Assembly (NCBI RefSeq): GCF_016889765.1
Contig: NZ_CP069533.1
Coordinates: 758,504 to 822,503 of the forward strand
Length of the DNA stretch: 64,000 nucleotides
Origin: Corynebacterium minutissimum
GTDB taxonomy: Bacteria; Actinomycetota; Actinomycetes; Mycobacteriales; Mycobacteriaceae
Reading direction: 5' to 3'
In this document: positions 18,127 to 30,400 of the stretch, in pieces
Position numbering within the stretch: the stretch's first letter is position 1
Layout of the letters: the number at the start of each line of letters is the position of its first letter
The notes under the pieces: model-generated
What the model saw: the letters and a program-made list of their open reading frames with translations, nothing else
The model's database searches: none
What the model was told of the DNA's origin: nothing
Translations under genes and position numbers: made by a program

Positions 18127-18538
18127 GAATCACCGTCGCGGTAGCGTAGTCGCCGTCGTGGCTGACGGAGAGCGCCGTGGTGTACGCCCCCAAGGATTCG
18201 TGGGCCTGGCGGGCCATCTCCCCGCGCAGCGCTAGGGCCACGCGGCCCCATGCGTCAGGGTGGACCTCAATCTCTGCCCAGTCCACGGCCTCCTCCGCCA
18301 TCAGCGGTGCACCGCCGTAGCGCGCCTGGGACCATGCCTTGATGAAGGCTTCCTTGGCGGCCCAGCGCCCAGCGAGGTGTTGCGCGCGGGCAGCGCCCGT
18401 ATACCCCCGGGCCTGGGCCACGCGCAGCTCGAAGGCGCTAAAGACCCGCTCAAAACTCGTTCCCGGGGTATCCAGCTGCTGAGCAAAGGAGGGAATGTGC
18501 ACTAGGTCGGTGCCCACGCTCACGCCGCTTACTGTCAT
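18107..18538 (-). CDS. acpS: Holo-[acyl-carrier-protein] synthase (4'-phosphopantetheinyl transferase)
   Basis: MTVSGVSVGTDLVHI and AAKEAFIKAW are AcpS motifs. It lies downstream of fas, as in mycobacteria and corynebacteria. Confidence 0.8.
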   Translation of the reverse strand: MTVSGVSVGTDLVHIPSFAQQLDTPGTSFERVFSAFELRVAQARGYTGAARAQHLAGRWAAKEAFIKAWSQARYGGAPLMAEEAVDWAEIEVHPDAWGRVALALRGEMARQAHESLGAYTTALSVSHDGDYATATVILSRPSQ

Positions 18539-18548
18539 GCGGGCCAGC

Positions 18549-19301
18549 TTAGCGCGCCAGCTCCTGCTTGAGTTCCTCCAGCTCATCGCCGCCGGCCATC
18601 CACTGGGTCAACTCCGGCAAGGTGACCTCATCCTTGGAGGCATCCAAGGACATCTCTCCAACGGTCAAGACCACGAAGTGGTCCCCCACCAGATAGGCGT
18701 GCTGCGGGTTGTGGGTAATAAACACCACGCCCATGCCGCGCTCGCGGGCAGCGTTAATGAATCGCAGCACCATGCCGGACTGCTTTACGCCGAGTGCGGC
18801 GGTGGGCTCGTCCAGGATGATGTAGCGCGCGCCGAAGTAGATGGCACGCGCGATGGCGACCACCTGGCGCTGGCCGCCGGAGAGTGCGGAGAGTTCCACG
18901 GAGACGTCGCCAAGCACAATGCCCATCTCGGCCAGCTGGTCGTACGTAATGCGCTTCATCTCCGCCTCCCGCAGGCCCCCCAGTGCTCCGGTGAGTTCCT
19001 GGCCTAAGAAGAAGTTGCGCCACACCGACAGCGAGGGCACCAAGGCCAAATCCTGGTACACGGTGGCGATACCGGCATCGAGGGAATCGCGCGGGCTATC
19101 GAAACGAACCTCGTTTCCATCGACAGTGATAGTGCCACCGGTGGGCTGGTTGAGGCCCGCGAGAATCTTGATCAGCGTGGACTTACCCGCGCCGTTGTCT
19201 CCCAGAACGCAGGTCACCGCGCCTTTCTGCACGGTGAGGTTGATGCCGCGCAGGGCATGGAAGTTGCCGAAGGTCTGAGAAATATCGTGCAGCTCAATCA
19301 T
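18549..19301 (-). CDS. Sugar ABC transporter ATP-binding protein, single ABC domain (FrcA-like)
   Basis: Walker A GDNGAGKST, signature LSGGQRQ, Walker B ILDEPTAAL. Confidence 0.8.
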   Translation of the reverse strand: MIELHDISQTFGNFHALRGINLTVQKGAVTCVLGDNGAGKSTLIKILAGLNQPTGGTITVDGNEVRFDSPRDSLDAGIATVYQDLALVPSLSVWRNFFLGQELTGALGGLREAEMKRITYDQLAEMGIVLGDVSVELSALSGGQRQVVAIARAIYFGARYIILDEPTAALGVKQSGMVLRFINAARERGMGVVFITHNPQHAYLVGDHFVVLTVGEMSLDASKDEVTLPELTQWMAGGDELEELKQELAR

Positions 19302-19304
19302 GGT

Positions 19305-20369
19305 TTATCGCCTCTTGGTGAAGTTAGCTACCGACGTATTTGTGAGCACAGCAAAAAGCAGCATCGCGCCGAGGAAGAACTTGAACCAGTCTGGGTTCCA
19401 GCCGGCATACACGATGCCCTGATTGGTCATGCCGAAGATGAGCGCGCCGATGGCCGTGCCCACCGCGGTACCGCGCCCGCCGGTCATGGAACAGCCACCA
19501 ATAACGGCGGCGATGATGTAAAGGAACTCGTTACCAATGCCCTGACCTGCCTGGATGGAATCGAAAGCAAACAGCGTATGCATGCCCACAAACCACGCGG
19601 CAAAACCGACGAACATAAACAGCGCCACCTTGACGCGGCGCACGGGCACGCCGACGGCACGGGCGGCAGCATCGTCGCCACCGACGGCGAAAATCCAGTT
19701 TCCCCAGCGTGTTTTGTACAGCACCCACGAGGCAATCGCCACGAAGAGGATCCACCACAGGACCGTGGCACGGATACTCAACGAGCCCACGTGCAGGGTG
19801 CCAGCGAACACCACACGTGCGGAGGGAAAACCTTCCATATCCGCGATGGTGGGTGTGGCGACCTGGCCGGTGACCAGCTTGGTAATGGCCAGGTTGAGGC
19901 CCTGCAGCATGAGGAAGGCCGCCAAGGTAATGAGGAAGGAATCAATCTTGGTGCGCGTGACCAACAAGCCGTTGAGCGCACCGATGGCCAGCGCGGTGAG
20001 CAAGGACAACCCCACACCTACCCAGGAGTTGAGGTGGAAATTGTAATTGAGCATCGTGGCCACGAGTGCCGCCGAGGTCACGGCCACACCGGAAGACAGG
20101 TCGAACTCGTTGCCAATCATGAGCAGGCCCACCGCGAGGGCTACAATGCCCAGCGTAGAGCTGGCATACAGCACCGTGGAGAAAGCCTCCAGGGAACGGA
20201 AAGCGGGGGCGACAATCATGAACAGGGCAAAGATGACCACCGCGCCGAGCAGGCTAGCCAACTCGGGGCGGCGGATAAGACGGGAGAATCCGCTGCGACG
20301 GGCCAGGCGGGTATCGCCTGTGCTTGCCGACGTCTCCCCGTCCCCCCTCACCGGCACCGCCTCACTCAT
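19305..20369 (-). CDS. Sugar ABC transporter permease (CUT2/ribose-type, FrcC/RbsC-like)
   Basis: 354-aa polytopic protein with an RbsC-like topology. Confidence 0.8.
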   Translation of the reverse strand: MSEAVPVRGDGETSASTGDTRLARRSGFSRLIRRPELASLLGAVVIFALFMIVAPAFRSLEAFSTVLYASSTLGIVALAVGLLMIGNEFDLSSGVAVTSAALVATMLNYNFHLNSWVGVGLSLLTALAIGALNGLLVTRTKIDSFLITLAAFLMLQGLNLAITKLVTGQVATPTIADMEGFPSARVVFAGTLHVGSLSIRATVLWWILFVAIASWVLYKTRWGNWIFAVGGDDAAARAVGVPVRRVKVALFMFVGFAAWFVGMHTLFAFDSIQAGQGIGNEFLYIIAAVIGGCSMTGGRGTAVGTAIGALIFGMTNQGIVYAGWNPDWFKFFLGAMLLFAVLTNTSVANFTKRR

Positions 20370-21397
20370 CGCAGGCCCTCCTTGGCAGACTCAGAGATTA
20401 TGTCCACGTTGGTGGAATCCACGAAGGACGGACCGGTGTAGACCGGGCGACCGCCGCCCAGAGTGGAGCCGTTACGGTGCGCTAGCCACAGGGCGTCGAC
20501 AGCGAGGTAGCCCTGCATGTAGGGCTGCTGGTCCACGGCCCATTGGACTGTGCCGTCCGCGATGGCGTCGACAAGCTCAGCGTTGGTATCGAAGGTGGCG
20601 ACCTTCGCTTCCGAACCAGCATCCGCCACCGCGGCGGTCGAGCGCATGGCCACCGACGCCTGCAGGGCCATGACCCAGTCGATGGACTTATCCTGCGCCA
20701 GCTTGGCGTTGATGGTGGACTGCGCCGCAGTGAGGTCCTTGCCGTTGACGTAAAGGATCTCCACCTTTCCGCCAGCCATGCCCTCCTTGAGGCCGGCACA
20801 GCGCGCCTCCTGGGAGGAGTTGCCCTGCTCGTGGATGACGCACAGCGCGTGTTTGGCGCCATCGTCCTTGAGGCGCTCACCAGCCTTGGTGCCCGCGACC
20901 TTTTCCTCTTGGCCGAAGAAAGCACTCATGCCGTACTTTTGGTAGTCATCCATGCCGGCATTCAGCCCCACGGTGGGGATTCCAGCGTCAGCTGCCTTCT
21001 TAGCCACAGGGCCAATAGCGCCCGCATTCGGCATGGTCACGGCGATGCCGTCCACTCCCGAGTCAATGGCGGATTGCACCAGGTTGGCCTGGTTGGGAGC
21101 CTCCGGGTCTGAGGAATAGCGCAGCTCGATATTGTCCTTGCGCGCCGCATCCTCCGCGCCCTTGCGCACGAGGTCCCAGTACGTGTCACCGGGCGCGCCG
21201 TGGGAGACCATGGCGACAACGAGGCGTTCGGTATCAACGCCTCCGGCAAGATCACCGTCGGCGCTGGGCCGGGGTGCGCCACCTGTGGCGGAGCATCCCC
21301 CAATCGTGGCGGCGAGGACAACAGTAATTACACCAAGTAAAGGTTTTGTGCTGATTTTCACCCTTGCATGGTGCCCCAGCCCACACCTCGGGTTCAA
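20366..21397 (-). CDS. Sugar ABC transporter substrate-binding lipoprotein (periplasmic-binding-protein type I)
   Basis: Lipobox TIGGCSATGG. LacI/RbsB-like binding fold. Confidence 0.8.
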   Translation of the reverse strand: MNPRCGLGHHARVKISTKPLLGVITVVLAATIGGCSATGGAPRPSADGDLAGGVDTERLVVAMVSHGAPGDTYWDLVRKGAEDAARKDNIELRYSSDPEAPNQANLVQSAIDSGVDGIAVTMPNAGAIGPVAKKAADAGIPTVGLNAGMDDYQKYGMSAFFGQEEKVAGTKAGERLKDDGAKHALCVIHEQGNSSQEARCAGLKEGMAGGKVEILYVNGKDLTAAQSTINAKLAQDKSIDWVMALQASVAMRSTAAVADAGSEAKVATFDTNAELVDAIADGTVQWAVDQQPYMQGYLAVDALWLAHRNGSTLGGGRPVYTGPSFVDSTNVDIISESAKEGLR

Positions 21398-21458
21398 CCC
21401 GTCTGACCTGCTTCTTTATCGTTTCAGACGGTGCACGCTGGGGGTATCCGGCAGCTTT

Positions 21459-24400
21459 CTACCCCCGCTCGGCGTCGGGTTCGAGTACTCCGTTGCGCAT
21501 TCGCGCGCCTTCACTGAGCAGCACGGCCGCCTCGCGTTCCTTGACCTCCGCGGCGGGTCCGCCGCCCAGGTTGCGATCCACCGGCCTCTGGTAGAGCGCC
21601 GAACCGCCTCGCATGGCGTCCTCGAGGCGGCGCAAGCCAGAGCGCTCTCTCGCCTCGGCTCTCTCGCGCCATGCCAGTGCAGTGTCGTCGCCGCATTCAG
21701 CCACGAGTGCTGACACGAAGGCCTCTGGGTGCACGACCGCAATGAGCGCGGAGACATGGCCGAAGCCCAAGGACGTCACCAGCCCCGCTTTGGGCGGGGT
21801 CCGGCGCAGGTCCAGCGGCTGGCGCAGCCACACCAGGTGTTCGTGCCGGCGCAGCTCAGGATCCACGCAGTCCAACGAGCGGTTCGGCGGGACGATACCT
21901 CCGCGCAGCACCTGGCACAGCCCGATGAGCTGAAAGGCGGCGGCTCCGCCTTTGGCGTGGCCGGTCAGGGTCTTTTGTGAAATAACGTAGAGCGGGTTCC
22001 CGTCGCTGCGCCCGAGGGCACGCGCGATGCGCTCATGTAGGTCGGACTCGTTGGGGTCATTGGCGCTCGTGGAGGTGTCGTGCTTGGACACTACCGCGAT
22101 GTCGTCCGGCGAAACCCCGAGTTCTGTGAGGGAACGCGCCAGGCGAGAGTCGGCTCCCCCGCGCGCCGCAGACAGCGCGCCGAGGCCCGGCGCGGGGATG
22201 GAGGTGTGCGCGCCGTCAGCGAAGGACTCGGCAAAGCCCACCACGCCGAGGACCGGCAGGCCCAGCTCCGCGGCTAGACTTCCACGCGCAAGCAGCAGCG
22301 TGCCGCCACCTTCAGACTCGACAAAGCCGCCGCGGCGGCGGTCGTTGGCCCGGGAGAAGAAGCGGTGCTCGATGCCCTTGGCCTCCATTTCTGAGCTATC
22401 GGCAGTAGCCGCCATGTCGCCGAAGCCTGTAATCCCCTCGACGGAGAGTGCATCAATCCCGCCGGCGACAACGACATCTGCCTTGTGCAGGCGCAGCTTG
22501 TCCACGGCTTCCTCGACGGAGACCGCCGCCGTTGCGCATGCCGCTACTGGATGCACCATCTGGCCGTAGCCGCCGACGTAAGACTGCATCACGTGCGCGG
22601 CAATGACGTTGGGCAGGGCTTCCTGCAGGATGTCGTGCTGTCGGGGGTGGGCGAGGAGCTTGTCGACGTACAAGGAGCGCAACGCCTCCTGCCCCGCCAT
22701 CCCGGTTCCCTGGGTGGAGCTCACCCGCGCCGGGTGGACGTGGGCAAGCAGCTCGGCCGGGCTAAAGCCGGCGGTGAGGAATGCCTCGACGGTGCACACA
22801 AGGTTCCATAGCGCCAGGCGGTCCACGCTATCCAGCATGTCCGCCGGGATGCCGTAGACCGCAGGATCGAAGCCTTCCGGAATCTGGCCGCCGACGAATC
22901 GTGTCATGGCTACGCGCCGCGGCACGCGTACAGCGGATCCGGCAGGGCGGGTCACCTGCCACTCGGCCTCACCGCCAGGGCTCGTGAGCACTCGCCGCAT
23001 CGTGGCACCTTCGCAGCTATCCACGAAGGACCGTGCGGTGGCTTCATCTTCAACGGCGAAGGTAAGCGGTTTCTCCAGGTAAATGGTGGTGAGCTCAGGT
23101 GCGAGGTTATCCACCATGGGCAGGTGCGGGCCAAAGTCATCGTGGAAGCGGCGCACGCCGATTCCGGCGAGAACCTCATCGTGAAAGCGGTCGTAGATGT
23201 CCTCTTCTGCGATTGTTTCACCCTCCGGCGTGGTCCACGCTGCGGTGGCGTCATCCCACGCCACGAGGCCTCGACTCCACGCCAGTTCCAGCACGCCCGC
23301 GGCGGAGAGATCTCCGCCGACTTCCACCTCGAAGCGCGTGCGCGCCGTGCCCAGCGGGCCCAGCTCCCCTGCTCCGACGATGACGACCATGTCCTCCAGG
23401 GACTGGGTAACCCCATCGAAGCTGGGTGTTGTCCAGTCCAGCGGTGCGAGTACGTTCGGCAGAGCCTTGACGGTGCGCGGCGCTGGGCTGGGGGACTTGG
23501 TGGGGGTCGGGGGGACGTCGCCAAGCACGGCGTCGCGAGAGAGCTTAGCCAAGTCTAGGTCGGCCCCAGCCAAACCACCGGTGAAGTCCATGACCACCGG
23601 TCCTTCGGCAGCCTGGATGAGGATGTCCTCGTTCGCGGCGTTATCCACAAGGCACATCGCCATGTCCTTCGCCGAATACGTGCTCACGCCGCGGGCCTCA
23701 ACCTGGTCGACGAGTGGATCGTTGGCCGCCATGAGCCCCGTGCCGCGCACCCAGCCAATGAGTGCGTGGACAAGCGAGGTCCGCGCGCCCCAGGTGTTCT
23801 GCTCGGAGTACCAGCGCTGCACCAGGGCGTCGAACGCCGCCTTGGCCTCGCCATAAGCGCCGTCGCCACCGAAGCGCCCGCGATTGGGCGAGCCTGGAAG
23901 CACCACGTGCAGGCGATGCCCCAGGTGGGTATCCGCGCCCAGCGCGGACAGGCCCGCGATGAGCTTTTCTACTGACCACAGCAGCAGGCGCATCTGGGCT
24001 TCTGATTCAGGACCAGCCTCCGCCACGGTGCCGCTCACGCGCGGGGCAGCAAAGGGGAAGAGCAGGTCGGGAACGAAAGCTGGCTTGCGCAGCGTGGTCT
24101 TTCCTCCCACGGTATCCGCCTGCTCTGAGCCGATCCACTCCACCAGCGCGTCGATGTCGGCGAAGGAGTTGAGGTTGGCCGGGACTACCCACAGCGCCGC
24201 GGTGCCGACGGCACGAGTGCGGTATAACTCCTTGAAAAACTCCAGCCGGTCCGGAGTAAGCTGCGAGGTCGTCGCGATAACCGTGGCGCCTTCGACGAGC
24301 AGCTCGGAGATGATTTCCGCGCCAATCGAACCCGGCGAGCTACCCGTCACCACGGCCACCTGCCCAGAGTGAAGAAGGAATTCACCGGGTACCTCAGCAT

Positions 24401-27400
24401 CCACCGCTTGATGGTGATAGCCCAGGTACTCGGCCATACGCGCAACCTCTGCGCCAGCACCAAGGACATCAAGGGGCGGATCTTCTACGCCCGCCGCCGC
24501 AGCGCGGACAAGGCCCTCGCGGGCATAAGCCCAGCAATCATCAAACAGGACAGCCTTCTTCGCGTCGAAGGCCGGCGCTACGCGCTGCGCCCAGTCCGGG
24601 CCCACTTCCCTGGCCACGAGTTCAGCAAGGTGCTCGTCATGCCCCGCCGCCTCACCGCGCACCGCATCATCACCGTGCTCAGTGCCGTCACGGCCGAGGG
24701 CCTCGAGCAGCGAGCGTGCGGAATCCTCGAGTGCGGATTCGAGTCGTTCCGTGTACGCAGCCAGCGCCGCTGGATCCACAACGGTGTCAGCGCTGGCGTG
24801 CGGCACCCGGGCCACCGTGACGTCGGCGCGGGTCGCGGTGGCTACAAGGGAGGCGTCGATAAGCTCATCCAGCTCCTGTGCGGTGCTGGCAGCGCTGACG
24901 GGTAATGTGGCCAGCTCCCCGCCGCGCAGGGACGCGCCCTCCCGGCTGCCCAGCACAAGCTCCGCCAGGGTGCGGTCGACCCACCCCGGGCCCAGACCCC
25001 ACTCATTGTTCACACGCTCGGCAATGTAACCCGGCTTCTTCCCCGCCGGTCCGGTCACACGACGCACAGCCTGCGCTACCTGCTCGGTAAGCACTGGGCC
25101 AAATGCGTGATAGCCCGGCGCGCGCTGCGCCACGGTCTGCGCCAGCTCGCTCACCGGCATATCCGCTGCACCATCGATGGCGGCGATGCCGAACTCTACG
25201 CCTAGGTCCAACAGCAGCTGGTTGCGGCGGGAGGATACGCCCTCCACCAAACCTTCAATCGTGTCGGTGGCCGCAATCTGATCAGGACGCACCTTCGTCC
25301 ATAGCGCGATAAGCATCTCAACCGCCTGCTGTGAGCTCAGCGGCTGGTCAGTAACCTTTTCGGTCGCGGCAACGGGGGTGGCTGTGTGGGTAGCCGACAG
25401 CTCATCGGCCGCGAGCTGTGGTGTGGGCTGTGACGGCTGAGAGTGCTCATCCGTCGGCACGGTCTCACGCGCCGGTGCCGGCTCTGTGTCCTCGGCGAAG
25501 ACCCGGGCATGGTCGCGCTCGGTGTTGAGGACCTCGACCTGAACGCCGTCGTACTCCGGCAAGCTAAGTGTCTGCCCCATCATGTTGGCCACGGTGGGGG
25601 CGTGCCCCACGCCGATCTCGACGAAGCGCTCTATTCCTAAGCCCGGAAGCCCGGCGGCAGTGTGCGCACCGCGCGGGGTCAGCAACAGGTCCTGCGTTTC
25701 GATCCACCGCACCGGGGAGGCAAACTGCCAGGCCAGCAGCTCCACTAGCAGTGTGCGGCCAAGCTTGTGCGGGTGCGCTGCGGCTGCTGCGAAGTCCTCC
25801 AGAATGGCCGCGATACGCGGCGAATCAACAACGTCTGCGATGGCCTCCACAAAGTCACGGTCCACGGCGAATGGCCGGGCAACGAGGTTGGGGACGTAGC
25901 GCCCCACCAGCACGTCGAGGTCGATATCCTGCGGGATGAGCTCATCTAAGTGCGCACGGAAATCATCTACCCCGTCCACTAAGCGTGAGGAGTGGAAGGG
26001 CACATCAATGCCGGGAATGGGGACAAAAGCGCGCTCGCCGGGCGCCCAGTGCTCGGCGTTTTCCTCGATGGCAATAAGGCCATCCACCGTGCCGGCAATG
26101 GCGTACTGGCGCCCGGCCACGTTGTAGTTGACCACCTCGAGGAACTCCCCGGTGACCTCAATGGTCTCGGCGATGTAGTCCGTGACCTCATCGGCGCGCA
26201 TCCCCATCTTGTGGGGCCTTAGCGCGCCCAGTCCGTAGCGCGAATAGCCCTCGGCATCACGCTCCACGAGCCGGTCCATGGTGAGGCCACGCACATAGAC
26301 GATCTCCAACACGGCCTCGAGCGAAAGCACCTCGGCGTAGGCAGCCAGCGCGTTGTACTCGCCTACGGAATGCCCGCCAAAGGCCGCAGTGCTATCCAGT
26401 ACCCTGGCCTCCTTCAGCGCAGCAATCTGCGCGCAGCCCAGCGTAGCCATGGCTACCTGCGTGAACTGGGTAAGGTACAGGACACCATCGGGATGGGAAT
26501 ACGTCGTGCCGCGCACGACCACGATGTCCGGGTTATTCCGCACAATCTCCAGAATGGAAAAGCCCAGGTGTTGTCTCGTGTGGGCGTCGGCGCGTTCCCA
26601 CACCGCGCGTGCCGCGGGCGAGGTCCCGTACTCCTGCATCCCCATCCCCGGGGCCTGAATGCCCTGGCCGGGAAAAGCATAGAAGGTGCGTGGTGCGCTC
26701 ATCACAGCGCGCGCTTCCAACACCACCACGCCAGCACTCGTCGCGGTGACGGAGCGGACTTCGCCGTGGCCGCCGCGCTTGTCGACGCCCACCCGGTCCA
26801 CCACCAGCTCCACCTCACTGCCCGGGCGTACCGGCGCGAGCATGGTCGCGGACCACTGCAGGACTCGGGCCCCGTCGAAGGCGGCAGCAGTCTGCGCCAG
26901 CACTGACGTCCACATGCCATGCACGATAGGGCCATCCTCGAGCCCCGCCAGTGCTGCGGCGTTCGCAGACACGTGTATGGGGTTATGGTCCCCCGTCACT
27001 ACCGCGAAAGGACGCAGGGATTCCGGCGCCGTAACGGTGCGGCGGTGACGGAAAGACCGCGGGGTCTCTCGAATGAACTCCGAGGAGTCCTCAGCGGAAT
27101 CATCCGTGGCCGGCGCAACGCGAGTGCCGACGCGGCCAGGGATGAGGAAACGTTCGCGCAGCCGGGCGAGGTTGCCGTCGTGATCGATGCGTACCGCAAT
27201 CTCCACCACGCGGCCCGAGGCTGTATCCCACACGCCGCGCAGTCGGGCGGTGGCCTGCACCTGTAGGGGATCTGCGCCCGGCTCCGCCGCAGCAGCGAGA
27301 AGCCCTGCAGCCCCTTCGGTCAGTTCCACCGAGTGTGCAAGGTGCACAAGGTTGAGCAGGCCCTCAACCACGGGCTCCCCCACCACGACGTGCTCTCCGG

Positions 27401-30400
27401 CCGTGCGGGCCACTGAAATGACGGCAAAAATGGCCGGCCACGCGGTACCTACTAACACGTCGGGCACGACTGGGCCATCGGCGCTACCGGCACTGGTCAC
27501 AGAAACATAGTTCGCCATGTCCGCCGCATCGAGGGTGGCCGTAACCGTGGCGCTACCGCCATCTACCTCCGGCAGTGTTCCCCCAGCAGCCACTCGGGCT
27601 AGCTCCCGCATGGCGGAAGCAGCATCCTCTGCGCTGACGACGGGCGAAGCACCCGGCACACGCGGTGCAGCGATGCGCACGCGCAGCGTGGAGTCAGCAT
27701 TCGCAGCACTGCGGGCGCCGACACCAAGAGGAACGGTGAACCAGAAGTCCGCGGGGTCTGTGCTCACCGGTTCGAGGGTCGCGCCGGGCAGGTTGAGGCG
27801 TAGCGGGTTCGCCTGCTCGCGGCCAGCCCAGTTGAGGCACGGCGCCCGGCGAAGGAGTTCCTCAGCGGTGGGCGCGGGGGCATCCAGGTGTGGAGTGGGG
27901 GCTGCTGAAAGCAGGTCGATAGTGGCCTGCTCGAAGCGCTTCAGCAACTGCGCAACCGGTTCGTTGGCGTATTCAATGCCCTCGACGCCCGCTGTACCTG
28001 GGATGATGCAGACACTGTCGGCATCGAAGTGCTCGTCGTGGGCCTGCCACAAGGAATCCTGGCGGAAGCGGCGGCGCACGGCAGCATCGATAATCGGCAC
28101 AAACCCCGGTGGCTTACCGGGGCCGTCAAGGAGGGACACGAACCACGCAGCATCCGTCGGGTGAAGGGCAGCGTCACCGTAAAGCTCAACAAGCTCATCA
28201 ATTGCGGCCGCAGGGTCGGCGGCATCGACTGTGACCTGCAGGGCTATCTCACCGTGGTCAACGTCGTGCAGTCGGGCTTCGGCGCGCGCCACTATCTTCT
28301 CGAAGCGAGTACACCACGATTCATCTGTCCAGCCGTCGTGGAAGGATAACTCCACATAACGTCGCAGCCACTCGGCGTAGCTCATGGCGTCAAGGTCCCC
28401 AAAGTAGGGTTTGCACGTCTGCGCTAGGGCAGCAGCGATCTCCTCGCGGTGAGCGGACACCAGCTCCTCATCACCCGCAACCGCATCGAGCAGACGCCCG
28501 GCGTGGGCGAAGGAATTATCCAGCTCGTGGATGCTGGCGCCGAGGTCGGAACGGCCCGAAGTGACATCGTCTTCCGTGGCAGCAACGAGTGCCTGCTTCA
28601 CCGACGCCGACGCCGTGGACTCGGCAGTGGCCATCGCGGCAGTGCCGATCATGATGGCGTCGACAGGTGCTGCGGGCAGGCCACGACGCCGCGACCACTC
28701 GCCGGTGAGGTACTCCGCGCCCTGAGTCGGGGTGGCGATGCCGCCGCCAACGGCAAGCAGAACGTTGGGGTGCCGACGGATATCGTCATAGGTGGCGGCA
28801 AGGAGCTCGTCGAGGTCCTCAGCGGAGTGGTGGCCGCCGGCTTTGCCACCTTCTACCTGCATTATGAGCGTGGTAGACACGGCACGGGCGATGGCCAGCA
28901 CCTGCTTGATTTGTTCCACCGTGCCGGGTTTGAAAGCTACCCACGGGATGTTCTCTGCGTGGAGGCGCCGTACCAGGTCACATGCTTCCTCGTGCGGCGG
29001 GATTCCGGCGGAGATGACTACGCCGTTGAGCGGTGCCCCCGCTGCACGCGATCGTGGGATGGCACGCTGGCCTTCAATCTGGCGCCGCCACTGCGAAGCA
29101 GATAAGTACAGAGCATTGAACTGGGCATTAACCCCCGGCGCGAGGAGACGCGCGAGTCTCTCCAGGTTCTGGTCCAGAATGTCCTCGGTATGTTGGCCGC
29201 CGCCAGCGAGCTCCGCCCAGTGCCCAGCATTGGCAGCCGCGGCAACGATTTCCGGATCCACTGTGGTTGGTGTCATGCCAGGCAGCATGACCGGGGAATA
29301 GCCGGTCACTTCAGTAAAACGCGAAGAGAGGCGTCCGCCGACGAGGCGCGGCGCGAAATCAGACCAGGCTGCCGGCACGGCAGAGGCACGGCCGGGCGCG
29401 AAGAGCTGCGCTTGGCCCTCAGCAGTACCCACGGCTAGGGTTCCCACGCCACGTCCGGCCACCGCCTCTCGGGTTAGCGGCTCAACACCGCGGGAGGGGC
29501 CTATCTCCAGAATCCAGCGCGCGCCGGCGGCAACCGCCTCGTCAACGCGGGCAGGCCAGTCAACGGTATCTGTCAGCACTGCGCGGGCAAGCTCGCCGGC
29601 AAGGACTAAATCGAGTTCGAGGTCGGCGGCCCAGCGCTCCACCTGTTCCACAGCTGGAGCTAGGGCCGGATGGTGGAAGGCGGCATCAACATCAAGGTCC
29701 GTGAAGGTCACCTGTTCGCCTGCCATGGTGCGACGCACGCGGGCAAGCTCCTCCGGGGTGCCCACGATGACGCTGCGTTCGCGGCCATTGATGAGACCGA
29801 TATGGGCACCTAACTCGTGGAGTTGTTCCTGCGTAGCTCCGTCAACCGCCACCATGGGCGCTCCCTGGGCGGTGCGCACAAACCCGTGGATGCGGGCAGT
29901 CGTCGTCAACGCAGCACCAATGAGCCGGGCTATGGCCAGGGCCTCGCCTGGGGTCGCGCGACCAGTCGTCACAGCGGCGGCAAGAACGCCTTGGGAATGA
30001 CCAAGACTCAACACGGCATTAGATATATCTAGGCCCTGTGCCCGCACAGACTCCATGACCGCAAGCTGAGCGCACAAGATACCCGGAGTGGACACAGCAG
30101 GGGCGGATAGCGCGAACCCAGGCTCGGACTCCGCCCACGTTAGTGGTGCGAAGCCGTGCGGGGAGGCGGGAAGGAGGGCGTCGCTGAGCGGAGCGAGTAT
30201 CTCTTCCGCGTCGGCGAGGTACGCGGCAATCTGCGGCCGCACCCCCGCAGCGAGTGCCTCCCGGAGGGTAGGCAACCAGGTATAACCTTGGCCGGAAAAG
30301 GACAGCGCATAAGGCGCCGCGCTTACTCCCGGCGCAGCAATGTTAGGGATATCCACGCGCGCTATTCCCCCAAGACACGCGCTACGCGTTGAACTGCTTC

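Noticed and set aside
19257-20441. 394-aa plus-strand ORF rich in Arg/Gly/His
   Set aside because: Antisense to the sugar ABC permease and binding-protein genes. This is a typical high-GC shadow ORF.
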